Assembly: GCF_009914755.1 (NCBI RefSeq)
Contig: NC_060925.1
Strand: one strand, 5' to 3'
DNA from: the human T2T-CHM13v2.0 reference genome, Homo sapiens
Length of the DNA: 64,000 nucleotides
The position numbers and the translations under genes were made by a program. This document shows positions 13,660 to 30,303 of this stretch, piece by piece; position 1 is the stretch's first letter; the number at the start of each line of letters is the position of its first letter. The notes beneath the pieces are model-generated. The model was not told where the DNA came from. It saw nothing but the letters and a program-made list of their open reading frames with translations, and ran no database searches.

Positions 13660-14184
13660 TGTTGGAGGTGTTTGAACCAGAGTGACTCCATCTTGAGTGA
13701 GGGCTAGGAAGAATGAGGCTAGGACTTGCTGGGCTGCATTCCCAGAAAGTTACGTATTTCTAGCTTCTAGATGTTTATGGTTAAGGGAACAGATTGATAA
13801 TATTTACTAAACAGATCCTGAATAAAGGGTATGCTGATAGCCTGGTATCTTGAGAATAGAAGCATTCCTAATAATAATATGGATTCTTGCACAAGATAGT
13901 AATTCATAAAATAATCCTTTATTAACAAATCTTTGTAGCAGAGCACATCTCCCATGAATTTTTTTAATCCTATATATAAACAACATTGTACCTAGTGTGG
14001 ACACATTGCTCCTCTTACTTTTGAGAACACCCTACTCTACCTATGGAGTAGCTCTCCTTTCACCCCTTAACTTTCTTAATAAACTTGCTTTTGCTTTGCA
14101 CTGTGGACTCGCCCTAAATTCTTTCTTGAGCAAGATCCAAGAACCCTCTCTTAGGGTCTGGATCGGGACCCCTTTCTAGTAACA
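13660..14184 (+). mobile_element. MER41 (MER41D/C-like) ERV1 solo LTR
   Basis: TG..TTTGAACCAGAGTGACTCCATCTTG..GGGTCTGGATCGGGACCCCTTTCTAGTAACA; AATAAA; 4-bp TSD GAAT. Confidence 0.9.
13739..13747 (+). promoter_or_regulatory. GAS (STAT) motif TTCCCAGAA within MER41 LTR
   Basis: Exact TTC-N3-GAA match; function not demonstrated. Confidence 0.4.
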
Positions 14185-14618
14185 GAATGTTCCTAGTTTA
14201 AACTTGCTTATTGTCCAAGAAACTAAAAACTAAATATTTTGTGAGCTATGACTCTGGAAAATCTCATAAGCTGTATAATAATCTAGGGTATTATAGCTGT
14301 AATTCATATATCTCCCCAGAGGCCTCCTTTATTACTTTAGTCTAGACAGCATGTTTATATATGGGAAAGAAGGTTCTAGGGAGCAGGTCTCAGTTTCCCA
14401 GACCTCCCACTAGTTCACTCCTGGATTTTGATTGCTTATTCTTTAACTTCTTCATAAAGCTTGATAATGGGTAAGACCTCTGATTTTTGTGAGTCTAAGT
14501 TTAAGGTCTGAGGCTTTGTGTCAGTTCACCTCCTAAATAAAGTATTTACTCAAATATTTTTCTTACTGTTTGCTTTTGAGGGAACCCAAACTAAGGCACC
14601 TTCTTTCACCTATACCTC

Positions 14619-15060
14619 CTGCTATAGATTGGGTTCTAGAAAGCAGATTCGGAGGCTAACTTAACGTGCAAGATATTTATTTAAAAGTGTACTTAGGATC
14701 AACATTTGTGTAAGGGAGAGATAGGAAGCAGGATTGGGTAGAAGGAGAAACTGAGGTAGAATGTAAGCCCCCAAACAGCCTAGACTGATGACTCCAGGAG
14801 CTCTGGAACTATAGTGGTCCTCCATAGTTATTCTAAGTTGGGCTGAGATGGCAAGTCATTTATACTCTCGTAACTGTCAGTCATTGGATATGGCAATGTG
14901 TGACTTGGGCTAGATGACTCTCTATGGTTGCAGCAGCCCCTAAGGAAGCAAACACCTAAAGGTTATGTATCTATAATACTCTCGACCTCTTAACCAAGGA
15001 CAAGACCTCCACTGAAAGCACATCTAGGTAGCTAGGTAGCATATCACAGTCATCACTACA
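14619..15060 (-). mobile_element. LTR16 (LTR16C-like) ERVL solo LTR
   Basis: GGATCAACATTTGTG..GGAAGCAGGATTGGGTAGAAGGAGAA..GGAGCTCTGGA..GTTGGGCTGAGATGGC. Confidence 0.75.
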
Positions 15061-15801
15061 CCTCCAGGTTTATTATTATTATATTATTTTTATAATATTC
15101 TTTTTTCCTTTTACTTTCTAGTCTACGTTTTTAACCTTTGAATATTATTGCAGGGCATTCATCTTATTTTGATGGCTATTACATATATAAAATATCAACT
15201 TTAGAGTAAAAAAACAGAAAAATAATGCATAATCTGTCACCTTTGGTAAGTTTAAAGAAGTGAGTGTACATCTCATCTGAATGAGAAATGTATATTTGAA
15301 AATGCTATTTAATTTTTTTAGCCATTCCTGAAATAATAACCCAGAGACAACAATGAAAGTCTAATGTAACTAGTCAAATTTACTAAAGATAACAGATGAA
15401 ATATAATTTAAAGTTATAGTGTATTAAATTGATGCAGAAAAAACATAAAATTATATTTTAGCAATTATATTTTATTGGTAACATCTATACTAATGAGAGA
15501 AAAAACTCATATAGGTTTATTGTCACATATCCAAAAAACAATTCAAGACATCCAAAAACACTTATATGCTATTTTTTTCATTATGTACCATTTTCTCTAG
15601 AAGCTAGAAATTCACATATGCCATATACATAAGCCAACATTTAATATCTGGTTTCTCACCCAAAATCCAGGAAGCAAGCATTCAAAAATGTATGCTAAAG
15701 AAAGTATCTGATGATAAAATCTTCTTTAGCCATGAGCTTTCTGTCTTCTGATAAATTCATTTTTATCCTATAGTAAGTGGAGAATATTAAAAGTTTTTGG
15801 G

Positions 15802-16093
15802 GGATGGGCACAATGCCTCAAGCTTGTGATCCCCACACTTTGGGGGGCCGAGGAGGGAGGATCACTTGAAGTCAGGAGTTCGAGACCAACCTGGCCAACA
15901 TGGTGAAACCCCGTCTCTACTAAAAATAAAAAAATTAGCCGAACATAGTGGTGTGAGCCTGTAATCCTAGCTTCTTGGGAGATTGAGGCACGAGAATTGC
16001 TTGAAACCCAGGAGGTGCAGGTTGCAGTCAGCCAAGATTGTACCACTGCACTCCATCCTGGGCAACAAAGAAAGACTGTCTCAAAAAAAAAAA
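15802..16093 (+). mobile_element. AluS (Sx/Sz-like)
   Basis: Full dimer with A tail. Confidence 0.93.
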
Positions 16094-16123
16094 ATTTTTT
16101 TTGGAAGAGTGTTAGCCAACTAT

Positions 16124-16751
16124 TGTTGGGTCTCAGAAAACAGTACACTGAAAATTAAGGCAGAGGCAACCTTAGAAACAAAGTTTTTCTTGGACATTCC
16201 CCTGCTCTCCTGTCTCGCAGTCCCTGAGGTTAGCCAAAGAAACCAGAACCCCTCTTCCTCAAGTTGTGTCACAGGAACAAGAACTCCATTTCCCCAAAGC
16301 CAGCCACAAGACCAAAAACAATTGTTTTAACATTGCCTCTGCCTCTTTGTGTAAAAACCGGCCATAAAAAATGATCTGACCTACCTTGCTTGACTGTATG
16401 TTGTAAGAACCCTGTTCCAGAGAGAGTCCTGCCCCACAGCCCGAAGGGAGGGATGCGTGCTCAGAGAGGCCAAGAAGAATCTAGATGAGCTTTGTTGAGT
16501 TTTCCCACTTAGTCTATTAAGATTAGACCACACTCCTTTTGTCCAAACTTAGTTCTACATAGCTGTCCATATTTTGTTGAAGCTAAGCATAAAAATGGAT
16601 AATTTCCCCTTTGTCTTTGTGTCTTCATTGTAAAGACTCTTATGAACACATTAAATACATTTTGTCTTTTCACTAATTAACTTGCCTTTTGTGAGGTGAT
16701 TTGTCTGCTAATCTTCGGGGGCAAAGGGGAACTTTCTGCTTGGACCTTACA
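16124..16751 (+). mobile_element. MER39-like ERV1 solo LTR
   Basis: TGTTGGGTCTCAGAAAAC..CAGAGAGGCCAAGAAGAATCTAGA..CTTACA; 4-bp TSD CTAT. Confidence 0.85.
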
Positions 16752-17187
16752 CTATTTAATAGATCAAAGGAAAAATTATTAGATACTAATTAGTGACAGT
16801 AGTAATAAGATGGACTGAAAAAATTACAAAAGTTCTTATGTTTGTATAAACAAAGACTAATGATGGAATGACACACAATAAATTGTTAATAATTATTCAC
16901 ATTGAAGATTGAGGGATGAGTATCAATCTTGAATTGAACGCTTTAGTATTGAGCAAATTTTTCTTTCATCTGAATTATTTGAAAAAAAATTTCTTGAATG
17001 TAAACAAGTAGCTGACAAGGAATACTTAGTAAATACAATCAACAGGACATTGAGAGCAATTTTTGATGTGTGATAAGTGTGAAAAGCAAAATATTATTAC
17101 TAAACTTTGATTTCTCACTTGGACAAGTATGTTGATCTTGATTTCTTTAACTGCGATTATGAATGCAAGGTTAGGGATGTTTTCTTG

Positions 17188-17826
17188 TTGTAAAGGAAAC
17201 CAGAATATTTTATTCCTAAATGTGCTTCTTTAGCACATTTTGAAATGACTATTCAGAAGGGCTGCAAACACAAGAATAGCCCTGAGAAGCTGTCTTCTAT
17301 GGGGGTGATTTACATTTGTAGTAGGAACCTACATTAGTAACATGAAGTAAATAACAGATGCAAATAGGCTTACTCTGAGGCTCCTCTTGGCCAGATCTAG
17401 GTAAGATTAATTCACAGGAAAAGAGACTAAAGATCTGAAAGAGAACCTTCACCACAGGCTACCATCTGTTCTTTCTGAGGGCAACTCTGAGACTACCTGA
17501 GATATTTTGATATGCAAAATAAGGCAGTTTTTGCCTGACATATTTTCCTCCCTTCACTCTCCCATGACCAGTGATGCCACCTACCCTCCCCACCCCTAGA
17601 ATCCCCAGGATCTCATTCTTTCTGTTATCTGAGGGTAGTGGAAAAACTTCAGTCATCTGGCTCCTTGAGTCTCATACTTTGTGTATGATTCCCATGTCCA
17701 TATACACATTAAATTTGTACACCTTTATTTCTTGTTTATCTTTTATTATAGAGGTGCCACAGGTAAGAATATGTGAGGATTGGGAAAAGATATTCTATAT
17801 ATATATATATATATATTTTTTCTTCA
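17188..17826 (+). mobile_element. MER34-related ERV1 5' LTR
   Basis: AAAGGAAACCAGAATATTTT..CCCTGAGAAGCTGTCTT; (TA)n near the 3' end; followed by internal sequence. Confidence 0.7.
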
Positions 17827-18222
17827 TTTTGTGAAACAGCCAGAAGATTATAGGACTCCCCTTCCTCCAGGACCTGAAGATGGAATCCCCAGAGTCTTAA
17901 GAGGAGCCACCAGAAAAAGGTAAAATTTTGTACCAATGTCAGTTTCTCCCAGATTTCTATCTGTGGTATCTCGTTGACAGAGAAAGGTAAAAATTTTTCC
18001 TTGTTCCTTTATTTTTCAGGCTCAGACTAGCAAGAGAAAAACATTTATAAATGTTTTTGAATTTGTGACTTTTGTGGATGTTTCAGGTGTCAACTGGTTA
18101 TTGATCTTTAGACTCCCAGAGATGGTCTCTGTCTTTCTAGTCTCCGTCTCTTGTCTGGTTTGTCATAAGGAGAAAAATCATGATAAGCTTTTACTTTTAG
18201 CTTGTTTTTATGTCTTGAGAAG

Positions 18223-19217
18223 TGTATTAGTCTCTTCTTACACTGCTGTAAAGAGATACCTGAAACTGGGTAATTTATAAAGAAAAGAGGTTTAATTGGC
18301 TCATGGTTCCACAGGCTGTACAGGAAACATGAATGGGGAGGCCTCAGGAAGCTTTCATTCATGGCGGATGGGGAAGCAGGTATGTCTTACATGACCAGGG
18401 CAGGAGGAAGAGGCCGCGAACAGGGAGGTGCTACATACTTTTAAACAACCAGATCCTGTGAGAACTCACTATCATGAGAGCAACAAGGGAGAGTCCACCC
18501 CTATGATCCAGTTGTTGCAGTCTGCTTAGTCTCAAGTTCAGCTAGGTCCAAGTTCTTGTCCCACACCAAGAAGAATAAGGTATGTGGACACCAGAAAATG
18601 AGTAGAGTAGAATTTATTAAGCAAAAGGAAAGCTCTCAGCAAAGAAAGGGAATCTGAAAGCATGTTGCCAGAAATGGAGCTCAGTTCTGGGTCTCTTATG
18701 TGGCAAAGACAAGGAAGTCTTCTATGAGCTCCACCTAAATGGAGCGGTAAAGTTTCCCCTTCGGGGTATTGCATCTGCACATGCCTGGGGTTGACCATAG
18801 TGACTCCATCTTGGTTATTACCCATGGATGCCTAAGTGAAACGCATGGGGTGGGGGTGGGGTATGAAAACCACAATGCTAATGTCGTGTTAATAACATTA
18901 TAATGAGTTAGATCAAGTTAAGGACATTTAGGTTGATTTATTGCACCTGTGCCTAAGTTGGGACAGTCCTTTCTGAGCAGATGTCCTGGCATAAGAGGAA
19001 ATTTTTAACTCAGTTTCTTTCTGTTAGCTGCAGGAGCTGTGCAGGTGCAGTCCTGCGGGTATTTTTCCACTCCCAAGACCCTCCCTCTCTATCTGCCTAA
19101 CCAACCTCTGTAACTGCCTCCTCTCTGTCAGTCACCTCCCACCAGGCCCCTCATTCAACATGGGGGAATACAATTGTACTTGTGATTTGGGAGGGGACAC
19201 AAATCCAAACTATTTCA
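18223..19217 (-). mobile_element. MSTA MaLR solo LTR split by a nested ERV1 LTR
   Basis: TGTATTAGTC..GGTTTAATTGGCTCATGGTTCCACAGGCTGTACAGGAA..ATGATCCAGT [insert] CACCTCCCACCAGGCCCC..GGGGACACAAATCCAAAC. Confidence 0.9.
18513..19130 (-). mobile_element. ERV1 solo LTR (MER61/LTR20-like)
   Basis: TG..CA termini; reverse AATAAA (TTTATT ~18613); GTTCTTGTCCCACACCAAGAAGAAT motif; cleanly interrupts MSTA. Confidence 0.75.
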
Positions 19218-22200
19218 AGCTAGTTTTATAAGTAGTAAATTTAATATCTGGCTTCTGACACCACAGACGACATAGTTGGGCTTATGTAAGGGCAGAGAGA
19301 AAATTGGCTGGGGGTTTGAAATGTCTGCTCACTTGAATGTGTCAGCTCTCAAGTGAATTTGTCTTAATTGTCTCGAGCTTCATTGCCTTGCTAATAAAGA
19401 GATCTCTGCTTTCTTAGGTTATCTTTGGAAAGAACTTTAGATCTTGAAGGAGACTGCATTTTTGTACCCTCTATGGGGATGTAATTCTTGTGTTTGGTTG
19501 TAAGCCATAAAAAGGCATACTGATCTTGACACACAGTTGAAGCACACAGGTTTCCCTTGAAACAGTCAAGGCTGGCTCTACCAGGCTCTGGCAAAAGGCC
19601 AACTGCTTGCATGACAGAAAGTTTGCTAATTATATATTTAAAATATTTTATTTTCCTAAAGAGCTCTATGGCTAGAAATCAGATTAACTACAAGTTGATA
19701 TTCAGATTGTATCTTGTTTTAAGATTTTCTCTCTTTTGGATCCTGTTTTCTTCTAAGGAAATTTCCTTAGTCAATCGCATTTGACGCCTGCCCCCTACCC
19801 TGATCCTGACCTCCCACCGCACACTTCTTGAATTCCTGTTAATACATGCAAACTGCAAAATCTGCTTCTCTCTGTATGTTTGTAAATATTTATATATGTG
19901 TGTGTATTGTAAATGTGTGATATTTTTCTACTATGAATTAAGAAAAGCTGTATTTTCATTGGCTTAGAAAATAAGCATTTATAAACATTATTTTCTCAGA
20001 AAAATACAATTAACCTAGATGATTTCTAAGTGCACATGACTAATGAACTTTGGCAGATATAAATATTATTGATCTAATTAAAACTAAATATCTATAAACA
20101 TTAAATATAATTATGACATACAACTTTTATCTCTGTTAGGTATTTAAGAGAACAAAAGTGTGAGTCTAACCCAGGAACAAAGGTATTAATGAAAGTACAA
20201 TACAGTGTCTATTGCCTCATGTATATCAGCCATGAAAATAAAACAAAATGCTTCATATATCTATCTTTGAGATTTTTGTTTTAATGACGCTTTCCTAATA
20301 TATAGTATAATAAAAATGGTTAAATAGGAAAATAACCTTTAAAAAGCCATTCCTAAGGTATTTCCTACCCCCACAGATTGGTTAATTAGCTAGACTTGCA
20401 AACAAAGAAAAAATAAATTTGTTATTTTTTTCAAGGTCCACGTAAAAGTGCTGTTTTTCTTGACATTCTAGCCAATATAGTGGGGAAGAGGCTTCTGGAT
20501 TGATAGCCTGGTAGTTACAGTGACTTTTGAATCAAGCAATTTCCCTGCTTATTAGGACTAATATTATCTAATGTCTCCTGAAATCTTCCAAACATACTTG
20601 TTAATAATGAATAAATTAAATAAAACATAAATAAAATAAAATTTTAGAAAAGAACTATTTAATAATAACTATGTTTTATAATGTGTTTACTTAAAGGTTT
20701 CTAGTCTCTTTGGTAACTACACCCTTAGAATTTTGCTAAGTTAAATGATGAATATTCATCGACTATCTAGGTCATTTCCATGTAAGCTTTAATGTTAAAA
20801 TGTTAATTACTAAATATAAGTTTAAGGTTATATATTTTAGGTGTCTTTCTTCAGAGAAACAGAAGATATTTAGGTTTGTTAGTAAATATGTTCTGTTACA
20901 CACTGAAAAATTGGACTATGAAGAAGCCTAACTTTCTAGAAATTATAAAATATTTATTCATAAAATGTTTTAGTATATAACAATTTAAAATTGTCTATTT
21001 CCTATGTTTTTCATTAGAAATTACAGTTACAAAGACTTAAAGTTATAATTAAAACTACTAGATATAAGATAAACAATTCTGTATACATAGTGTACAAGGA
21101 AAGTAAGATGTTATAAGGCTTATAATTTGTTTTATTTATTTTAAATGTAATTTTGTCTAATTTCAAGGTTGTTTAAAGGTTGTTTGCCAATGAAGGAATA
21201 AAGGAAGAAATAATATATATAAAACTGAATGGATTAAATGTTGTAAAAGGATTATGAAAAATAAATCTTATTAAAAATTTTATTTTTGAATACGAATTCA
21301 ATGGATTTATTACATTTTTCTTCTTAATATCAAAGGTACGCTAAAACAAAACTAAAAAAGGGTTGGTAGGAGGGAGAAAAACAGATTCTGTGAATCTCAC
21401 GGTGTATTTATTATATCTTTTAGTTATTCAGAAAATTGAGTTTTCTCTCAGAGTAAAGATGTTTGCTTTCTAAAATATATTAATTAACAATTCAGCTAAA
21501 TGAATCACTATTATTTTGCAGTGGTTTGTGATTCTATTTGGATCAAGTGTTTCGAAACTTTATTTTAGACAAATTTTCCCAAAATCGAAATTACTATAAT
21601 TTTTTACCCCAAACTAACTTTGGGATGTTCCACATGGCTCTGAAGCATCCAAAAGAGAGATAATAAACAGGTTTATTTGATATATTAAATTATATGGGAA
21701 GCATTGCCAAATAAGTAATGATGTTTAAACTTTATTAAATTAGATTCGTATGTGTATGTTATTAATATATGTTCCAAGATGGCATGATATTTCTAAAAAT
21801 CGTATATGTCTTTGTATATGTTTTTAGTTATGATTATGGCAATTTATTAAATATAGGCCACAGAAAAAAACAAATTTCTTTGTCAGTTGTGTTTAACCAT
21901 GGCTATTTTAATTCATGTTATTTACAGTTAATTGTTTTATTCTGATTTTTCCTGAATTGCTTTATTATGATTTTTTATTTCTGATTTTTTTCTGTTTGCA
22001 AATATTAAAGTGTTATGTCTTCAAATAGATTAATGGGCGTTATGAAAAGGACTGTCAAATACAGGTTTCTGACAACCTTGAGACCAAACCTTTGGACTTA
22101 GTAGAATTTCTGGAACTCTAATGAAAAATAAAAACAACCACAAAAAGACTTATAAAATTGCTAACCTAACATCAACCAGAAAAATATTATAATACATGGG

Positions 22201-22655
22201 GCTGAAATTATGGACTGAAATATTTTTATGATATTTTTGTTTAAAACCTTCCTAATTTTTTTTAATGTTTTGACTTCTAAAGTTAAGAAAACTCTTTTTT
22301 CTTAAGCTATCTATAGCTTTATAGCAATTTGGTAAAGTATACCACTGTGAGCAACATTAACACATTTACCCTTGTCTCTACTTGATCCCTCCAAAATTTG
22401 GAAACTATGAGTATTATTATTTTATGGCAATGTAATTGTTTTAATCTGTTTTCTCTGTAACAGGGTACAATTGAAGACAATACTTATCTTACCAAGATTG
22501 AAGAGTTATATTTTCAGATATGACCAGATTATTTTGAGGGATTGAGGTTGACTTTATAAAGACAAGAGATTTGGAAAAAGACTGGCCTGATACTTAGTCT
22601 ACGTGGTTCCCTTACAAAGTTCCAGGCCTTGTAGTAAGCAGAATGTCACTTTCTG

Positions 22656-22723
22656 TGCAGGACATGCATGTTTGTTACATGCACGTGTGTCCCAGAACTT
22701 AAAAGTACATTTAAAACCAAAAA
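22656..22723 (+). mobile_element. Micro L1PA (L1PA7/8-like) 3'-end insertion with 5' inversion
   Basis: 16-bp TSD AGAATGTCACTTTCTG at 22640-22655 and 22724-22739; inverted plus forward L1 3'UTR pieces. Confidence 0.85.
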
Positions 22724-22960
22724 AGAATGTCACTTTCTGACAGGACTAGGAACTTCAAGATACTTTGGGGACCTTCTGAAGAAAGCAATTTATCTTATTG
22801 AATAGGTGAGTTTTTGGTTTGGTTTCTAAGCCTTCAAAGGCTTCAGATTTAGAAGAATTAGATATGTTCAGGGGGTGGTCAGAAATGTTTGTTTGCAATT
22901 TTAAAGAGTTATGAGGATTGGAGATGCATAAAGGGGAATCATTAGCAGTAGTTGAAGACG

Positions 22961-25450
<2,490 letters not shown>

Positions 25451-25695
25451 ACATGAGAGTGAGAGCGTCTAGGAGATAGCTCAGAGATAGTGCAGTGGGT
25501 AAGGGGAGGACAGGGTCAGGAGCATAGCTCTGGGACTCATCAACCTGTACATGATAGCGAGTATAAAGGCTTTTACGAACATGAAAAATGTTAGATGCAT
25601 TACACTCTAAGTGAGAAAATGGTGAAGAGATTTTTTAAAAGGATAAAAATATAAAGTATGAGTCTAAGAATCACAAATAAATAAACCTTCAATAT

Positions 25696-25870
25696 TTACT
25701 TATTTCATCAACTAGAAGACCCAATCTTTGCATAAATCTCAATTACTCTATGTATTACTAAGAAAGGAGAAATGCTGCCATTAAAATTTGTTAACGATGC
25801 TTTCTTATAATATCAGTTGTAAAACCCATTCTGATTTCAGAGGTGTTAAGATGTAAAAATGAAGACAAAT
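25696..25870 (-). mobile_element. Possible MER104-like (Tc2) MITE remnant
   Basis: CATTCTGATTTCAGAGGTGTTAAGATGTAAAAA motif. Confidence 0.4.
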
Positions 25871-26329
25871 GGTGGTTATGATCATGTGCCCTATTACATC
25901 CAGAAGAGTGCTTCACCACTTATGTTCTCTATCATTTGCAGCTTCAATCTTTGTGATTTGCCCGGATCATTCTTTTCTGTCTATACTCTATTGTTCTTTT
26001 CAGTATAAAACCAAACAGTGCAAAGAAACTGTAAGCTTCGGCTCAGATGAACTGGGCAACTCAATTTTCTCTGTTTTAAATGACATAGACATCTATTCAA
26101 ATTGCTCAAATTATTTTCTCTCCTACCTGATTCAAATAATACAGCACTTTTAAAATAAAATTCCTGTTATCCTCCTTGTATAAAATGTCATATCCTCCTT
26201 GTATAAAACTTTGAACAGTTTCATTTTCCATGTCATATATTATAATTTTCCTCATGTATTTTCTTGTGAAAAGATTTTGAGGTAACTTATCTTCCCCCAT
26301 TAAATGGATGTGGAATATTTCTTATGAGA

Positions 26330-26530
26330 AGGGCATATAATGCAATGGAAAAGCATTGGTCTTGTGATCCAGTAGAATATGTAACAGCTGTGTGATTGTG
26401 GATAAGATGCTTATCCACTCAACCCTCCTTGAAATTCAGCTAACTTCTTTGTAAAAAAAAAAAAAAATAGTGATGTCTATTTATTGTGTTTCATGGTGTA
26501 ATTGTGAGAAATTAGTACCTCTAAAGCATC
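26330..26530 (+). mobile_element. MIR SINE remnant
   Basis: Degenerate MIR core. Confidence 0.5.
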
Positions 26531-26640
26531 CTTTCCTGTGCTTTGATACCATGTTATGGGTATGGTTATTTAGTTATTTCTCTAACTTACCTTTTTGTCT
26601 CCCACACCACCTCCCATGTCTCTTTGTGCAGAGTAAATGC

Positions 26641-26662
26641 CATACACATGCACATGCGTGCA

Positions 26663-26700
<38 letters not shown>
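26641..26700. repeat. (CA)n microsatellite
   Basis: Directly visible. Confidence 0.97.
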
Positions 26701-26703
<3 letters not shown>

Positions 26704-28631
26704 ACCAGATTGCTTTAAAATTCCATTTCTTTCTGTGCAGACCAGACAAGAACAAGGTCACATTCAGCATTATTTTTATAGAAATGTGCATGGTCTCTAT
26801 AAAATCGACTAAGAAGTCTATACCTCACTAGTTCAGATTTTAAAACATTAATACAAGTTACAAAGAAATGTCATTTTGACACAGTGCCTTGTTAGCTACA
26901 GAAATCTGTCAGTACTGACTTAATAGTAAGCCTGTTTACAGCAGAATAAACTCCTAGAATCCATTTCTTTACAGGGTGTCCCACAGTAGGTTGTATCTGT
27001 AGTGGTTGGGGGTATCTGACATGGATTATAGTTGAAAAGCAGGGGTAAGTGAGAGCCTGTGAAAAAAATAAAACAAGCTTTTTTTGCCATTCTGAAAACT
27101 CACCTCAATCTTAGCATATTGTCCATGAGAGTTCATAAAGAACTCTCTGCATCTTTAGGATTGCAGGTAAATATCACAAAGGCATGTTTTAATAGAGTTA
27201 CTTTCTTTCACCTTCTAGTGGGAGAAGAAATGAGTACTCTGAAATACAATTTAAATGGATTCATAAAATAAATGTCAGCATTAGTGTTTTACCCAGTGGC
27301 AATTATCCACAAATGGTCAATTTTTCTAGTTAAATAGTAAGTGAAGGACTAAGCATTTATGTGTTTTTAATGCTGCCATAATAACATCATGAATCATTTA
27401 ATTGCAATGCTCAAAGTTTTCATTTTAATGGGAACTATCACCATCATAACAATCATCAAGAGACCTTGGTAAAAGTGCCTTGCCCAGATCATGACATTGC
27501 CCACTGAGAGATTTAAGGGAAGCCTAGAGAGCCTATTCCGCATTTTTGGCAAGTTATTTCCCTCTGCCACTACACCATCTGTCCAATGATTTACACTGCC
27601 CAAGAGATTAATTACTAGAAAAAGGCAATGATTACAATGGATTACTCCCATTACCCTAAGAGAACAACAGTACTAATTCCACCATTTGTTGGCAACCCCT
27701 ATTTATTCATTTCTTACCCTACATCTAAAACTTTAAGGTGACCCTTCGTCATATATACTCCCTAATCTGACCTAATCTCCTGTCACTTCTTAATCCCACA
27801 AATACTAGCATTATATTTTCCAGAACGCAAAGCCAAATCTATATCTCCAAAAACTTCTCCAAATATTCCTTTGACCTTCTCGATTCAACTGAAACGTGGG
27901 GCAAATGCAAAAACAAAATCAAAACTTGTTGGTGGCTGTTTTCTTCCCCACACATCGTGTACCATAAGCCTTGGAGGGGTTCTGTCTTATTTTCTGCTTC
28001 CAGACACCTTATTCTCCTTCTATTCTCAAACAAACCAACAAAAAGAAAACTGCTCTTGACGATGGCTCTCAGAACATAGCACTTCCGTGTTACTAACATT
28101 GATAAAATTTGCAGTCTTTCTTAAACACTGACTATTTTAAGGCATTTATGGCAGGCTTTTTATATATCTTTCAGTGACTGCCCGTTTTTACTCTTGGTTA
28201 TTTAAACAACCATGTTGACAAAACATTCAATTTTAATGGTAACTGAATCTCTCATCTTCAGATGACTTTTTCTCCATCTCACCTTAGCTTACCACTTTCA
28301 TCCTTATAACCTGGAATCTCTTACTACCTATTGCTGCATATTCCATTTTTGAAAATCTCAATTTTAAGCACTCTGCTTACTAAACCACCAATTACTTATC
28401 TTTCCTGCTCATTATTAACTATAACCCTAAATTACTAATACTCAGTTTTATTATGGTCTTTAATCCATTAATCCTGACACATTTCCTTATGCATTATTCC
28501 ATTCTTGCTAGATACCTTCCTCTGTATTTAGCTCAGGTTTCATATGACCAAGATAGCCTCAGCTTGACTACACTTCATATGGGTTCCTTTTTTTTACATA
28601 CAGGCTTCTAATCTCCCTTTATGTTATTTCA

Positions 28632-29375
<744 letters not shown>

Positions 29376-29377
29376 AA

Positions 29378-30303
29378 TATACAGTTTGATAAGCTTTATA
29401 AATGTATACTGCCATATAACAACAAAATAAAGACAAAATATTTGCATCACTCAGGAAGTTATATTATGCCTCTTTGTCATCTTCTTCCCTTATTCCAGCC
29501 TTTGGAAACTACAGACCTGATTAATTTTTACCTTTTTTAGTGTGCTATACTGTTGGAATAATAGAGTATGTAGTCTTCTGTGTTTGACATTTTTAACATA
29601 GCACAAAGTGTTTGACATTCATTTTTATTGCTGCATAGATTGATAGCGGCTTCCTTTTTATTTGTGAGTGGTAGTGCATTCATGGATATGCCCCAAATTT
29701 TGTTCACTTATTTAACAGATGATGAATTTTTTTAGTGCTTAGTAGTTTGAAATTATTATAAATTTCTTGTAAACATTTATGTACAAGCTTTTATGTTGTC
29801 ATATGTTTTAATTTTGAGTAGGTAAATAGCTAAAAGTGAAATTGCTGCATCAAATAGCAAGTAGATACTTAACAGCCAACAAGTTTTCCGAAGTGATTGT
29901 ACCGTTTTGCGTCCCCCAAAACATTGTAAGATAGTTCTACTTCTCTCACATCCTCATCAGCACCAAGTGTTCTCATTCTTTTTAAGTTTAGCCATTCTAA
30001 TAGGCATTCCATGGTAACTCATTGTAATTTTAGTTTCTATTTCCCAGTTGCTACTTGTGTCACATATTTTTTCCTGTGCTTATCTGCAAATTGATACCTT
30101 CTTTAGTGCCTGTGCAAATCATTTTAAAATTTGCTTTATTTCTTTCTTTGTGATATTGAGTAACAAGAGTACCTTATTATGCATACAGGCTCCTTTGAAG
30201 AAATATGTTCTTCAAATATGTCTTTCAGCTTGTAGCATTTTTTCACTTTATTTAGTGTTTTTGAAAAGTAGAATTTTAAAAATTTTGATGAATTCTAATT
30301 TAT
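29378..30303 (-). mobile_element. Ancient L1M (L1MC/MD/ME-like) 3' portion
   Basis: Reverse L1 3' motifs TTTAGCCATTCTAATAGG, CACATCCTCATCAGCAC, TTTTGATGAATTCTAATTTAT. Confidence 0.8.

Larger units (their letters stand above)
17827..22850 (+). mobile_element. MER4-group/MER34-type non-autonomous ERV internal region, 3'-truncated, with nested inserts
   Basis: AT-rich MER4-int-like motifs (GAATTTTGCTAAG, AACAATTCTGTATAC, GAATGTCACTTTCTGACAGG); no intact gag/pol/env; no 3' LTR seen. Confidence 0.65.

Noticed and set aside
17827-22850. Possible retained env/gag in the MER34-type provirus
   Set aside because: No long ORF or retroviral protein motif; AT-rich non-coding internal sequence
26470-26831. 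His/Thr-rich ORFs (also 43658-43945)
   Set aside because: Translations of (CA)n microsatellites
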